The notes: generated by a model not told the origin, from the sequence alone. DNA of 64,000 nt from Felis catus (GCF_018350175.1 NC_058368.1:28398001-28462000), one strand, 5' to 3'; shown: positions 24,121 to 36,066, numbered from the stretch's first letter. Translations and numbers: made by a program.

Positions 24121-26314
24121 CATGTCACATAATAAGAACTGGCTGGTACAGAAATCTCCTGGAGAAATAGAAGAATAAGTTTAAGGCGGGGGGGGGGGGG
24201 GGGAACCCATGAATCTCAGAAAAATTTATGACAAAAAGCTGTTGTCAAAATAAGGGCAAAAGCTAAATGGTTTGAAATCTGGAAGGGGTTTTGGAAACTT
24301 TATCGAGAATTTAACCAGTCACCTATTACCCACTTATTTGAAACAGTTATTAAAAAGCATGTAGAAATTCAATGGTAAAGGTGAAATAAACACTGTTATG
24401 TGTAGGTCGGGAAGGGAGGTGACTACATTCTAGTTACTTGTTACTAACTATGCAACCAAAGGAAGCCTGGCTGATTTTAAGAGTCTTAGTTTCTTCCTAA
24501 AATAGCATAAAGATTATTTCTAAGGTCTATTCCAGCTAATCAATACTTCCATAAATCACTTTAAAATTGTAGAGTATCTACATATAGGTTTGCAGAATTT
24601 TACACTTAAAGTTCAGAGAAAATGTTACTGTTACTTATTATGGTCATTCTTCCCCCCCCTCCCGTTATTCAAGGTATTTGCCATTTCTAGCAGTTAATAA
24701 AAATTTGGAGATTCTCCAGCTTGTCATGTAAAATTCACCATTTTCCTTTGAGTCTAAGAATATATGCCTTATAAAATTGATAAAATGGTATTATGCATTT
24801 ATTCAAGAAGGAAAATGAAGTGTAAACCTTAGTTAATCTCGAATATGAGTGACTCTGTATTTTCACATCAATGTCATCAAAGGTTACGGAAAAACTCACT
24901 GGTATACATTTTAAACCAAACACTCACATTTGACAATGACAGAAGCAGACTGAAATGATTAAAAGTCTGCGTGGGTGGTCCTTCTATATTAACATAATGT
25001 AATTAATAAATATTAACCAACTAACACTCAGAGGGTACTTTCAGAGTAGAGAGCTAAAATACAGAATAACTTATGCTTCTAGTTCTCGTCAATCATAAGT
25101 TATCTTAATCATGTTTCAAATAAGGCAAAAAATACATGTCCTTCACCTAAATTTGGGACCAAAGTCACAGCTCATTGGATTTCATTGGACACATTTTAGA
25201 AAAGCAGCAAAAAGGCTCCGGTTAATGACAGAAGTTCCAAGAATTGGCAAAATGTTCCATTGGTTTTATCATAAAAGATAACCAGTGTTTCCTCCTAAAA
25301 GTTTTTCTTCGCAGCCAAAGCATCAGCAGCCACCTGTGACCCAAGGAACTTATATTTCAGCTTCCTCTGGAGGCGGGTAAGAGCAATGGACACCATTCAA
25401 CCTTTATATATTCACTCTTCTCAGAGTAGAAGATGCTCCAAGGATGCTCTTCTGGACCCCAAACAAACAGAAATTCCAACCACAGTCACTTAGTTGGCTA
25501 GCTAGCCTGTGACACACCTCCCATTTTCCCCCAGGCCAGATACTATGACTTTTACTACCACTTTTATTTAGGTGTATATTTTCCAAAGCAAGAGATAATA
25601 TTAGTCAAGAGAAATGTTTTAAGATCACCACCAATCAGTTAATCAGAATTGTTACAAGGAAGTTAAAAACAGCTAACACATTTAGGCTTTCTACACAGTT
25701 AGGACAGCACGTGTGAAAACCCACAAGTGAACACTAGGTGACGAGAAGACCCAATATTCTAGAACATTTGAAAAAGGGGAGAGAAGAAAGGCTGACCGGT
25801 CAGACTGTGGGCAAACCAAACAGGATGTCCGTGGAACAGTTCCACTGTAGCACTTATGCTTGAGGTCCATGGACTGTGGTTAGATTCACACCTGCCCTAA
25901 ACTTGATTTCCAGGACCACTCTGAGTTAATCTAGGGATATGGCTAGTTCTTGAATTTAGTTCTTGAAACATCCAGTCTAGAAAGGGTTGCCCTTTAAGCA
26001 AATCTAAAAATCATACCAATCACATTTCAAAATATCATGTTTCAAATCTATCAAAGCTGACTGGGGACAGTAGAACTGCATAAAAACATGATGGCATATG
26101 CGAGGGGAAACTTCTCCTCCTGTTAGCCTGAATCATTACTCCCTGGTTTAGCCATGTCCTTTCCTGAAGGCAAAAGCTAGGTACAGAGAAAGCTGTAAGG
26201 ATGGAGGCCAGAAGGCTGATCCTGCCTTAGAATCTGATGAATGCATGCTCCTGACTGAAAGGGAGGCCCATACATTGATCATCATTCTTGTGTTATCAGT
26301 CGTTTCCTCCTTAC

Positions 26315-26407
26315 CAAAGGAACCCTGCCAACTAGTAAAGATTCTGTTTCATTATACAGTGCCTTCACATTGATGGCTATTTCAGTGGCAGTGTCTCTCG
26401 TAAGACT
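26315..26407 (-). CDS. DGKH: DGKH coding exon (~26): [31 protein letters not shown] (31 codons, phase 0-0)
   Basis: ttctag acceptor, GTAAGG donor, 93 nt. Confidence 0.95.
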
Positions 26408-27489
26408 CTAGAAGAAAACACAACAACACATCAAAGACAAGTAGTTCTGTATTAACTTGGGATTCAATCATCAGCAAATACCTTAAATTTTATTCTTCCA
26501 AGAAATTCACATCACAAATGTTTTTAAAAACCTACCAAATTTGTATTGTCGTTGAATAACTTCACACTCATGTTTGTTAGTATGATTACTTCTTCTGACC
26601 TTTACAGCACAGAACCAAACAAATGCTCTGACTATACTGATACACTCAGGACCATATCTCCTACATACAAACGTGTGCCTGCTCCCAACAACATACACAT
26701 ATTCCCACAAAAAAGTTAAGTCAAAGGAAACGATGCCTTAAAGGGGCATTATCAGATCATAGTCAGTTCTATCCACTGACTTTGACTCTCAGAAGTTCCA
26801 ACCAGATTGCTTTTTTAGACTTTCACCTTGAGGACTAGCACTTATTTATTAATTTAGGTGACTTCCATCCAATAATTAAAAAGAATAAAATGATGCTATA
26901 TCAGTTTTCTGTACCCTACAGTCTTGTACTGTGAATCACATTTCAAGAGAGTTATATTGTATCCCTTTTATTCACTATTAATGTGTACATTAAAAAGTTT
27001 ACAGAAGTTAAAAAAATTGTAGTCTCTACATTAAACATTACCAGTTTAGTAGAACAAAATGAAGTGAGAATAGCTTCTGTGTACAACTTCAACAATGAAT
27101 AAACATCGCTAATAAAATACATAGTATCTATCTGTGCCCACATCAAGGTGTAGGGGAGAAGGTGAAAGAGAGGACAAGGAGGAATGGTAGCAGCCTGAAC
27201 AGAACGAGTGGAAGGAAGATGGCAAGGTGACAGATGATTGAGAGTGAAGTGTGTGTGTGGGGGGGGGGGGGGGGGGGGGCGGGAAGAAGAGAATTTAAGA
27301 GCAGGAATGGAAAAATGGCAGGAAAAGAAAAATCAGGAAAAATGTGGGCACAGATTTACCATAAGCTTCTGGCAGACACTCATATAGATGTATAATGTTT
27401 TTCAAAGGGTGTGGCACATTGTATAGCATCGAAATACATGTGTAATACCAAACAATCCGTAGAATAAGAATTTACCATGAGCTCCTCAC

Positions 27490-27595
27490 CTCTGGGAACC
27501 GCGGGTTGGCTTTATTCAGTGCGTGGGAACACGCATTCACAGCGTGGGCCAGTTCTTGTTCCAAAAGACAATGGATGGTGGCTGCGTCACAGATC
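27490..27595 (-). CDS. DGKH: DGKH coding exon (~25): [35 protein letters not shown]
   Basis: tttcag acceptor, GTGAGG donor, 106 nt. Confidence 0.95.
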
Positions 27596-27680
27596 CTGAA
27601 AGCAAAAGTAGAGCAGACGAACCAAAAAAACTTTGAGCACTGCTGATTTTTCTCAAGTGCAGAAGTGGTACACTAAGGCA

Positions 27681-27712
<32 letters not shown>
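27681..27712. repeat. (AAT)n microsatellite
   Basis: Direct reading, ~10 units. Confidence 0.9.
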
Positions 27713-27817
27713 GTCATTATGGAAATTTTTTTAATGAGTGCTCAATTACGAATAACAAAGGGTAAATTTAAAAACTTCAAACCCCATTGCGACAAAGAAT
27801 ACTAAACCAAAAATCTT

Positions 27818-28043
27818 TTCTTTTAATGTTTTTTTTTTTTATTTTTTTTTTATTTTTGAGACAGACAGAGGCAGAGCATGAGCAGGGGAGGGGCAGAGAG
27901 AGAGGGAGACACAGAATCAGAAGCAGGCTCCAGGCTCTGAGCTGTCAGCCCAGAGCCCGACACGGGGCTCGAACTCACAGACTGTGAGATCATGACCTGA
28001 GCCGAAGCCGGACGCTCAACCGACTGAGCCACCCAGGCGCCCC
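27818..28043 (-). mobile_element. Can-SINE (SINEC_Fc)
   Basis: Perfect TSD taaaccaaaaatctt. Confidence 0.93.
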
Positions 28044-28269
28044 TAAACCAAAAATCTTAATAGGAAAAGTTAGGCTGAGCATCACAGATAAACAAATTGA
28101 AGTGCTATTTGGAAGAACAAAATATAAGAACACTTCATTTTGAAGTATCATTGTAAAGTGACACAGGTCCCAAATGTCGGGAGCAGAAACTTAATCTTTT
28201 ATTCATTGAAGCTTCGACTAGAAAGAAATAGAATGGATTAAGGGAAGAACATTGCTGTATTTGTCATCT

Positions 28270-28452
28270 ATTGCTAAAGTTCTTTACAGACATTATCTAA
28301 TTTAATATTCACAACTTAAAAGGTAGCTGTGATGAATTTTCTCTACCTTATAGACGGAGACCTTGAGGCTTGGAGAGATTCAGTATGCATACAAAGCTAA
28401 TTAAGTAATAGAGCTAGGATTTGAATCTATGTCCATCATTTCCAAAGCCTGT
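28270..28452 (-). mobile_element. MIR fragment
   Basis: Reverse MIR core (tgaggcttggagag...agagctaggatttgaatc). Confidence 0.65.
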
Positions 28453-28699
28453 TGTGCCACAGTCCTCTAGAATCTCAACCTTCAAGAATGTCCTGAACAG
28501 ACAGGATCCTGGAGGGCACTCAGGCCAAAGAAGAGAAAGGAGGAAAAGTTCCACCAATTGCTAGAAAAGAATGGAAAGTTTGCAGAGAAGCAAGAAAGCC
28601 AAACTATTCAAATCCTTTGTTTCTGGCATCTTCAAGGAGAACGAGCTACACACAAGAGAAGAGCCTAGTCCTGTATGGTTGAACCAAAAGTAAAGGAAA

Positions 28700-28880
28700 A
28701 GAGTTTAAATCTCAAAGATGATACAATTGATATCCAAGCCACAAAGGAATTTGCAAATGTCGTCTCAGTATTGCTACCAATAATCTTGAGAAATGATGAA
28801 GAATGGGACATTTATCAGAAGGACAGAGGTGGGTAAAAGTTATTCAAACTTTCAAACAAAGGAAAAAAGGTAAATCGATT
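28700..28880 (+). mobile_element. CR1/L3 LINE fragment (degenerate ORF2)
   Basis: Translates as a decayed CR1-type KELA.V...L.IIFEK..R.G..P..W....V...FK.GKK motif; appears to resume at ~29775-29900. Confidence 0.55.
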
Positions 28881-28954
28881 TCAGATGAATACTTTGACTG
28901 CCTACTAAATCTAGAAATTTCCAATGTAGTTTAAATTCTGTAAGTCCAACATAG

Positions 28955-29650
28955 ACCCTGTCATCTTCCCTCTCAAATCTCCTTTTCCTCCTGAATCCTA
29001 TGGTTCCTTGAAAGGCTCCATAATCCATCCGGCCATTTGGTAGAAACCTTAGAGTCGCCCTGTCTCATAATTCAGGCCATTTAGCAAGTTTAGATCCTAA
29101 TCTATCTTAAGTCTCTCTTCTTCCCATCTCTATTACCTCAATCAGCTGTTTCCTATCAGGACCATTCCAAGTGTGTTCACCCTGCCCCTGCTTTGCTGTC
29201 TTGCAGACAACGCTCCACATTGCTTCCAGAAACATTCTGATAAAGACTTGGCTCTTCTTCACCTCTCCATCCACATATCCCACTCTATCACATATACCAT
29301 GCCACCCTAGTTTCCTGAGATTTCCTAAAAATACTATGCACTCACACTCCTCTGGGCCTCTGCCCAGGCTTGTTCCCATGTTTAGAATGCTCCTTCTCTT
29401 ACTCTCTGCCCAAGACTTGGCTGGGAGATCACTTCTTCCAGGCAGCCCTCCCTTACTTTTGTGGCCTCCTCTGTTCATCCACAGCGCCTCACTGTGAGTC
29501 TTGTAAGTCCTTTGGCCACACTTTTCCCTACTACCCTGCCAGCAAATTAAGAAGAGGGACCACAACACAGCCATTTTGTCATCCCCAGGGCTTAATATGG
29601 AGGTTGGCATGTAGCAAAGACTCAAAATTATTTGCTGAATATTAAATGAG
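28955..29650 (+). mobile_element. L2 3' fragment
   Basis: Pyrimidine-rich L2 body ending ggcatgtag...tatttgctgaat. Confidence 0.7.
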
Positions 29651-31210
29651 TAAGTTTTGAAAATAGATGAGTGAGCCTGATTTTCATCTTTTACAAAATT
29701 AAACAAACAGACTAGTGAATATATGGGGAACCAAACTAGGTTGACCAAACTAGGTTGACCAAACTAGGTTGACCAAGTCTGGCCAACCTTCACTTCCCTT
29801 TTTTTGATAAGGTTATTTGGTTAGTTGACAGGAAGTTAATATAGGAAGTATATTTGGTTTCAAGGGAGATAATATAGGAAGTATATTTTGGTCTCAAGAA
29901 AATGCTGTAGCTCTATTTTTGATTTTTTGAAAAACCACCATATTGTTTTCCATCATATGTTAATTAGCTTGATTATGGTAATTATTTTACAATGTATACA
30001 TATATCAAATTATCACATGTATACCTTGTGTATATAAGTGATTTTATTTGTCACTTATCCCTCACCAACCTGGAAAAGAAAGAAAAACAACCCCATTGTA
30101 ACGTGGAGTCCACAGAAGTTGTTTGTAGTACCCTAAAACTAATCTCTCTGTGAATAAGAAGCTGGGAGGTACAGTAATGCAGTTCTGTGCATATAGCTGC
30201 CTATTCATTTTCCTTTACCTTGCTTCGAAGCTACTTAGTATCTTGTAGTTATACTTTATTCTAATTCTGAATGTTGGTCTCCACCTATAGGGAGGAATGC
30301 ATATCTTTTCTCTTATATCTCCAACTTCTAGTACATTCTAGGTTTCTAATATTTAAAGAGCTTTGCTTTCCTTCTTTTCTTTTTCAAGATTTTTATCAGT
30401 GACCAGATGAAGTGTGGGAAGAATATAATAGCTACCACTACCAGAACACTAAATAGGCCAGACATGATGCGACAAGACACGGTGGGTCTCATTAAACCTT
30501 CACAAAGACGTGCAAAGTTAGCTCTTATTATCCCCATTTGGTAGAGAAGATTTAGGTGAAGAGGTGGTAAGAAACTTGTCCATGGTTGCCCACCCCCCCT
30601 TCCTCCATTGAAGTTTACTCCTGCTCATAGTGATTTATATCTGTTCTACATTCATGGAACTTGGTTTTTTGCTTGTTTGTTTAATCTTTTCCCTTTTTGT
30701 CTACTAAAATTAATTTCTGTGCTGTCTCCCAATCTCCGGATATGTCTTTTGGAAACCGATTCTCGGACTCTTCCCACCCCCACACCCCCAAACCTCCTTG
30801 CAAGCAGGATTAATGCCTGTACTTCTTTCTACATTCCATAACCATTTAATAATTACAAGGTAACATATCAGTAAGTAGTATAGTGTAAAGATTGTGTAAA
30901 ACTGGGGAAATAAACAATAACAGAAAGAGCATTGTGGATTAGGTAACATTAGGCAAGCTCCCCACTGGGGTTCAGGAAGTCCAAGGTCTGTTCGACAGAG
31001 AACACAGGGTGTGCACCTGTACCTGCTGGCGGGGGTCTAATGAAGGAGCGCAGTCCTTAAGGAGGCATGAATGAGGCAGCAAATGAGGAAGGGGAGTAAA
31101 TGCATCTCTCTTAGTTACCCCCGAACAACTGAAATTATGTATCAAAAGTAAAAAAGCACATTTGCCAAGGCTAGAGTTCTCCCCGCCCACAGCCGGCAGG
31201 CCCACCATAC

Positions 31211-31374
31211 CTAGTGATGAGCTCCTCTGCCGCCTGGGAGCATAGCTGCATCTGGGATACCTCCTCTGTTGCCAAGTCAACGGCATGCTGGATGTACAAA
31301 TGGGTTCGAAGAACTGGTTTACCGGAATCACACTTCTGTTTATCTTCCCAAGATTTTAGAGTGCTTTCAAAAGC
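31211..31374 (-). CDS. DGKH: DGKH coding exon (~24): [54 protein letters not shown](R)
   Basis: aaatag acceptor, GTATGG donor, 164 nt. Confidence 0.95.
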
Positions 31375-31701
31375 CTATTTACAATCAATATTGCAAGGAA
31401 TTGTTAGTTTGAAGCTCTGAGACCCAAATAAGTGTGTATTTAGATGTTACATGAATGACTTTGAAACTATTGCTGTTTTCCTAATCTAAAGCCTCATTAA
31501 AGAAATCATAAGACACAAAAAAGGTATCTTAAAGTTTTCCAGTGTTATCAGAATAAGTAATGTGATCAATGACAATGAATGTATCACTGAAAGTTTTTAA
31601 AAAGACAGCTTCAATTTATGCTTCAATCTTTACATGCATAATGGATAAGATGGGTGTTGGCAGTCTTATCTGTTATGGGTGTAACCTTAATTAAAACATG
31701 T

Positions 31702-32115
31702 ATTCTGGAAAAGGCAAAACTGTGGAGGCAGTAAAAAGGTAGATGGTTGCCAAGGGTTGAGGTAAGGGAGGGAGTGGTGGATGATAGGTGGAGGACAGGG
31801 AATTTTTAGGATAGTGAAACTATCCTGTAGGATACTATAATGGTAGATACAAGTGATTACAGATTTATCAAAAACTATAAAACGTACAGCATGAAGAGTA
31901 AACTATGAACTTCAGTTAATAATTATCAATATTAGCTCATCAACTGTAATAAATGTACCACATTAATACAACATGTTAATAATAAGGGACTATATGTCCG
32001 TGAGGTAAGGAGGTATATGGGAACAGAATTAGAATTCTCAGTATTTTCTGATCAATTTCTCTGTAAACCTAAAAGAAACACTAAAAATATAGTCTATGAA
32101 CTTTTTAAAAAAATT
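31702..32115 (+). mobile_element. L1MC-like 3' fragment
   Basis: attctggaaaaggcaaaact...ctgtaaacctaaa motifs. Confidence 0.7.
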
Positions 32116-32256
32116 AAATGTTCATATTTAAAACTACAATGACTTGTCAGATTTAAGAGACAATTTAAATATTTTTCCGTGGTTTCTATTTTTCATAACA
32201 ATTGAATATTTTTTAAAACTCTTGATAAAAATCTAGAATAATATTTTTTTACATAC

Positions 32257-32391
32257 CCTGTCCCTTGTTAGCATCTGAGCTCTGTTTTTGTGCACAATTT
32301 TGATAATCCCTGGAGGCTGAACCCATGCTTCGCCATCTACCTGCACTGGGACTCCCTCATCACCAAATATAGTGATTTTTACTGTACGGCA
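32257..32391 (-). CDS. DGKH: DGKH coding exon (~23): [45 protein letters not shown]
   Basis: tttcag acceptor, GTATGT donor, 135 nt; QVDGE motif. Confidence 0.97.
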
Positions 32392-32636
32392 CTGAAATAA
32401 AACAAGTCATTTTAGAGAACAAATCATCCTGAGAAACCGACAATCGGCATTCAAGCTTGACTTTTTGTCCATTCCGTGGAATGGAATGTCTATTTTTCCA
32501 CTTACCACGGCACGGTAACAACTGACACAACAAGAAAGTTCATATTTTATAGATGAACAGACAGCGTAGGAGTCATTTGGAATAGCTTCCCCAGTGGCCC
32601 GAGTAGTGAGGTCAGGTCTGATCAGAGAAAACAAAC

Positions 32637-32750
32637 CTGGGCTATTCGATGATGCTGCAGTTTAATGACCCTGGAAACTGCCATTTGCATGCTATCAAAT
32701 ATTGCAACGACTTCCAGGATCTTGTCATCAAATGATGGTGCAGCAAATAT
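32637..32750 (-). CDS. DGKH: DGKH coding exon (~22): [38 protein letters not shown]
   Basis: ttttcag acceptor, GTTTGT donor, 114 nt. Confidence 0.96.
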
Positions 32751-33059
32751 CTGAAAAGAAAACCTATATTACATTTCCCCTGATGAGGTTAAGGTTTCGA
32801 TGAAGTGGCACATCAGCAATGTAAAGTCTGCAATATACATAGTAAAACCTACAGAAATAGTAAGCAGGAAAGTAAGTCAATTTTAATAGGAAATGATAGT
32901 CCAAGGACCACCCCCCCAAAAAAAAACCCCACTGTAGATGACTTAATGTAAGCAAACTTAATAAAAAAGATTTAAAACCCACATGGATAAAATGTTCATG
33001 CCCTTCATAAAGCACTCTTTAAACCAGCGAACCATTCTATTCTAAATAATCCATCTTGG

Positions 33060-33273
33060 GGGGACCTGGGTGGCTCAGTTGGTTGAGCATCTGACTTTGG
33101 CTCAGGTCATGATCTCCCCATTTGTGACTTCGAGCTCCGTGTAGGGCTCTGTGCTGACAGCTCAGAGCTTGGAGCCTGCTTCGGATTCTGGGTCTCCCTC
33201 TTGCTCTGCCCCTCCCCTGCTCATGCTCGGTTTCTCTCTCTCTCTCAAAAATAAAATAAACATTAAAAAATTT
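33060..33273 (+). mobile_element. Can-SINE (SINEC_Fc)
   Basis: 17-bp TSD taaataatccatcttgg. Confidence 0.93.
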
Positions 33274-33731
33274 TAAATAATCCATCTTGGCATAAAATGC
33301 ATCGAATATCTGTTCACACATAACTCAGATGTCTTGACAAAATGATGCATGTAATTTCAGGAAACCTAAAATACCCAGTTTACCTGGCATGTTCTAAGGG
33401 AAATCCTTCAATGTTTACAAGCAATATGTATAATGTGCTTTATATATTAATATGACAACTTTTTAGGGCATTTGAGAAGATGGTAACAGACACCTCAGAG
33501 GATAAAAATGATGCAGGCTTACTTTGTTTTGATGTTAAATGCATTCCCACAAAATCAATTTAATCAAACAATTTAAATTCTGGCTGTCTTACTTTGTCCC
33601 CTTTATTCTCTCTTTGACTATATGATAAACAATTATGCCTCGGAAAAAAAATTATTCAGCATAAAGCAGTATCTAAATTAAAACAAAATATCAGGGCATG
33701 AATTTGCAAACATTGATGATTTCTTGTCATT

Positions 33732-33935
33732 AAAAAAATTTTTTTTCAATGTTTACTTATTTTTGAGAGACAGAGCATGAGCAGGGGGTAGAAAGAGGGA
33801 GACACAAAATCCCAAGCAGGCTCCAGGCTCTGAGCTGTCAGCACAGAGCCTGATATGGGGCTCAAGCTCACAAACTGTGAGATCACGACCTGAGCTGAAG
33901 TCAGAGGCCTAACTGACTGAGCCACCCAGGTACCC
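33732..33935 (-). mobile_element. Can-SINE (SINEC_Fc)
   Basis: TSD tgatttctt(g/a)tcatt. Confidence 0.92.
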
Positions 33936-33975
33936 TGATTTCTTATCATTTTTGTTAGCAGACTGCGTGGTTTTA

Positions 33976-34074
33976 TTTTTTTAATTAGTTAATTAATTAA
34001 TTTTAATTTTATTTTTTTAATTTACATCCAAGTTAGTTAACATATAGTGCAACAATTATTTCAGGAGTAGATTG
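33976..34074 (-). mobile_element. ~100-bp 5'-truncated carnivore L1 inserted in a MIR
   Basis: 16-bp TSD agactgc(g/a)tggtttta; T-rich tail; MIR continues to ~34200. Confidence 0.75.
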
Positions 34075-34516
34075 AGACTGCATGGTTTTAAATCCTGTCT
34101 GTGCTACTTCCTGTGTGAACTTTGTGTCAGTTTCTTCACTGGTAAAATTTAGATAAAAAATCGTGATTGTCAGTGATGAATGTGAAGCTCTCAGAACACT
34201 GATTACCTAGGAGGAGTCATTAGCTTTATTTACCTTTATCTCCTTGATTTATTCCCTTTAAGATATTTAAGAGTGGAAGAATAGTTATAGGCTGACAAAA
34301 AGTTCACAGCTAATGTAAATTTTATAGTTGTTACATTATTTACATTATTATATGCGTTACATTGTTAAGTTGTGTTTTTTTTTCTCTTTTGACAGGAAAG
34401 TCTAAAAGGACGACAAACATAGACCTAAATGTTAAAGGCCAAATGAGCCCTGTTAACATTTCTAAAAATAAAAATAATAGCCACATAGATGTAGAGTTAA
34501 AAATACAGAAAGGTAT

Positions 34517-34839
34517 TTTGGCAGGCAGAATAACGTCTCCCTTTCTACCCCAAAAATGTCCATGTTCAAATCTGCAGAAGTAGTGAATGTTACTTTACAT
34601 GGCCAAAGAGACTTTGCAGATGTGATTACAGGGGGAACCTTGAGAAGGGGAGATTACCCTGGATGATGTAGTGGGCCCAATGTAATCACAAAAGTCATTC
34701 AAAGTGGAAGAGAAGGGCAGGAGGGGAGATCAGAATGATGCACTGTGAGACTCAACCTGCCTTTGTTGGCTTTGGAGACGTTGGAAGGGGCCATGAACCA
34801 AGGAATACAGGCAGCCTCTGGAATCTAGAAGGCGCAAGG
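34517..34839 (+). mobile_element. MLT1D-like MaLR LTR, 3'-truncated
   Basis: ggcagaataa...gactttgcagatgtgatta...gagattaccctggat...gggcccaatgtaatcacaa...ggctttgga...ccaaggaat.caggcagcctct. Confidence 0.78.
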
Positions 34840-34849
34840 TAATACTTAC

Positions 34850-34957
34850 ATCATCTTCTTTAGTTCCACCCCAAAAGTTGGTGCCTCCGGCATAGCTGGG
34901 AATGTTCAACACTGCTATTCCTTGCAGACTGGGGAGAGGGATATACTGCCCATCACA
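34850..34957 (-). CDS. DGKH: DGKH coding exon (~21): [36 protein letters not shown]
   Basis: ttacag acceptor, GTAAGT donor, 108 nt; LNIPSYAGG motif. Confidence 0.97.
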
Positions 34958-36066
34958 CTGTAAGGTAAAGAGCTTAGAAGTTAGAGAAAAAGAGCAAAAC
35001 CACTAGTTGGGAAGCCACTAGAATGCCAAAGACAAAGGATGATGGAGAGAAGTGTGTTGGTAATGTTTGCTCTCCTAGAAACATATTCCTACACATTACC
35101 TTTATCTTATTTTTTTAACTAAAAAAAATTTAAGGTGTAAATAACTATAGTTGTTACAGAAAACCAACCTTAAAAATATTAACTTTTCTGCCCAGATCGG
35201 GCGGTACTTTTCTTTTTTTTCAAGTCACTTACATTTTCACTTGTATTAGGGTCATCTTTGTGCTTATTATAAGCATCCTTTTGAAAGCAAGCTGAGTGAG
35301 GGTGTCTGGGTCCTAGCCACCCCATCGAGCCCCTCTCAGAACTCCTGCTACTGGGCTGCCACTCTGTCACTAACGGTGGCTGGCCAAAACTCCGGGTGAG
35401 TTTTTCCAGTAGCCAAAACCAAAGCCAGGGAGAGAAAAACCATGCATGTCAGGAAGTATCTTATACTTACTGTGTCTTCTAATTAATCACAAAAATGAAA
35501 ACTAAATTACCACTGAAATAGGAAACAAATATCATATGGCTGGTGAGTAATTATACGTAAGTCAATTCTCAATCCTTCACCTTAAAAAAGAAGAGCTTGC
35601 AGATGTCATTCTTAAAATAGGGGCTATATTGTCATTAAATAATTCCTGCAATAAAAGATAATTAACGTAACTTTATAACATTGCCTTTTAATACCCAATC
35701 AAAATCATCTCCACTCCTTAGAACAAATGAAAATCCAATTCCAATCCATATTCAACCACTTGAAATAACTGAGAACATTTTATGCTTGATTGTACTCCTA
35801 TAGGTATTTTTTACACCTTCTTTTCTTTTTCATAAAAACACATTCAAAGGTCTATACTCTATCCAAAGGGCCAATCATGGTACACAGCAGGCGCTCAATG
35901 TGTATTTCTTAAAATAAACACGCATTAAATATTTAGTAGAATAATGAACTTTTTCTGAATCCAATAAATTGAACAGGTAGCTCTGTGTGCTTTAGAACAG
36001 CTGTTCAAATCATATCACTAACTTAAAGGAAATGGAAAAAATGCCAGTAACATCCATCTTAATTTT

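Noticed and set aside
27259..27279. Long G runs (also ~24187-24203 and ~2933-2957) as G-quadruplexes
   Set aside because: Simple homopolymer-type tracts with unreliable length; no context suggesting function
27787..28032. Recurrent ORFs such as MAQSV...SAQVMIS...AQSLEPASDSVSPSLS (also near 33746, 38316, 52977, 55556, 56273, 57340, 58427, 61623)
   Set aside because: Translations of Can-SINE sequence, not a gene family
29107..29748. Longest ORF in the track (213 aa, minus strand)
   Set aside because: Lies antisense over a decayed L2 element; no recognisable domain and no fit to the DGKH exon chain
30972..31331. 119-aa ORF overlapping exon 24 in another frame and running into a GC-richer intron start
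   Set aside because: No supported start or splice phase entering this frame and no recognisable homology; the single GC box is too weak to call a promoter
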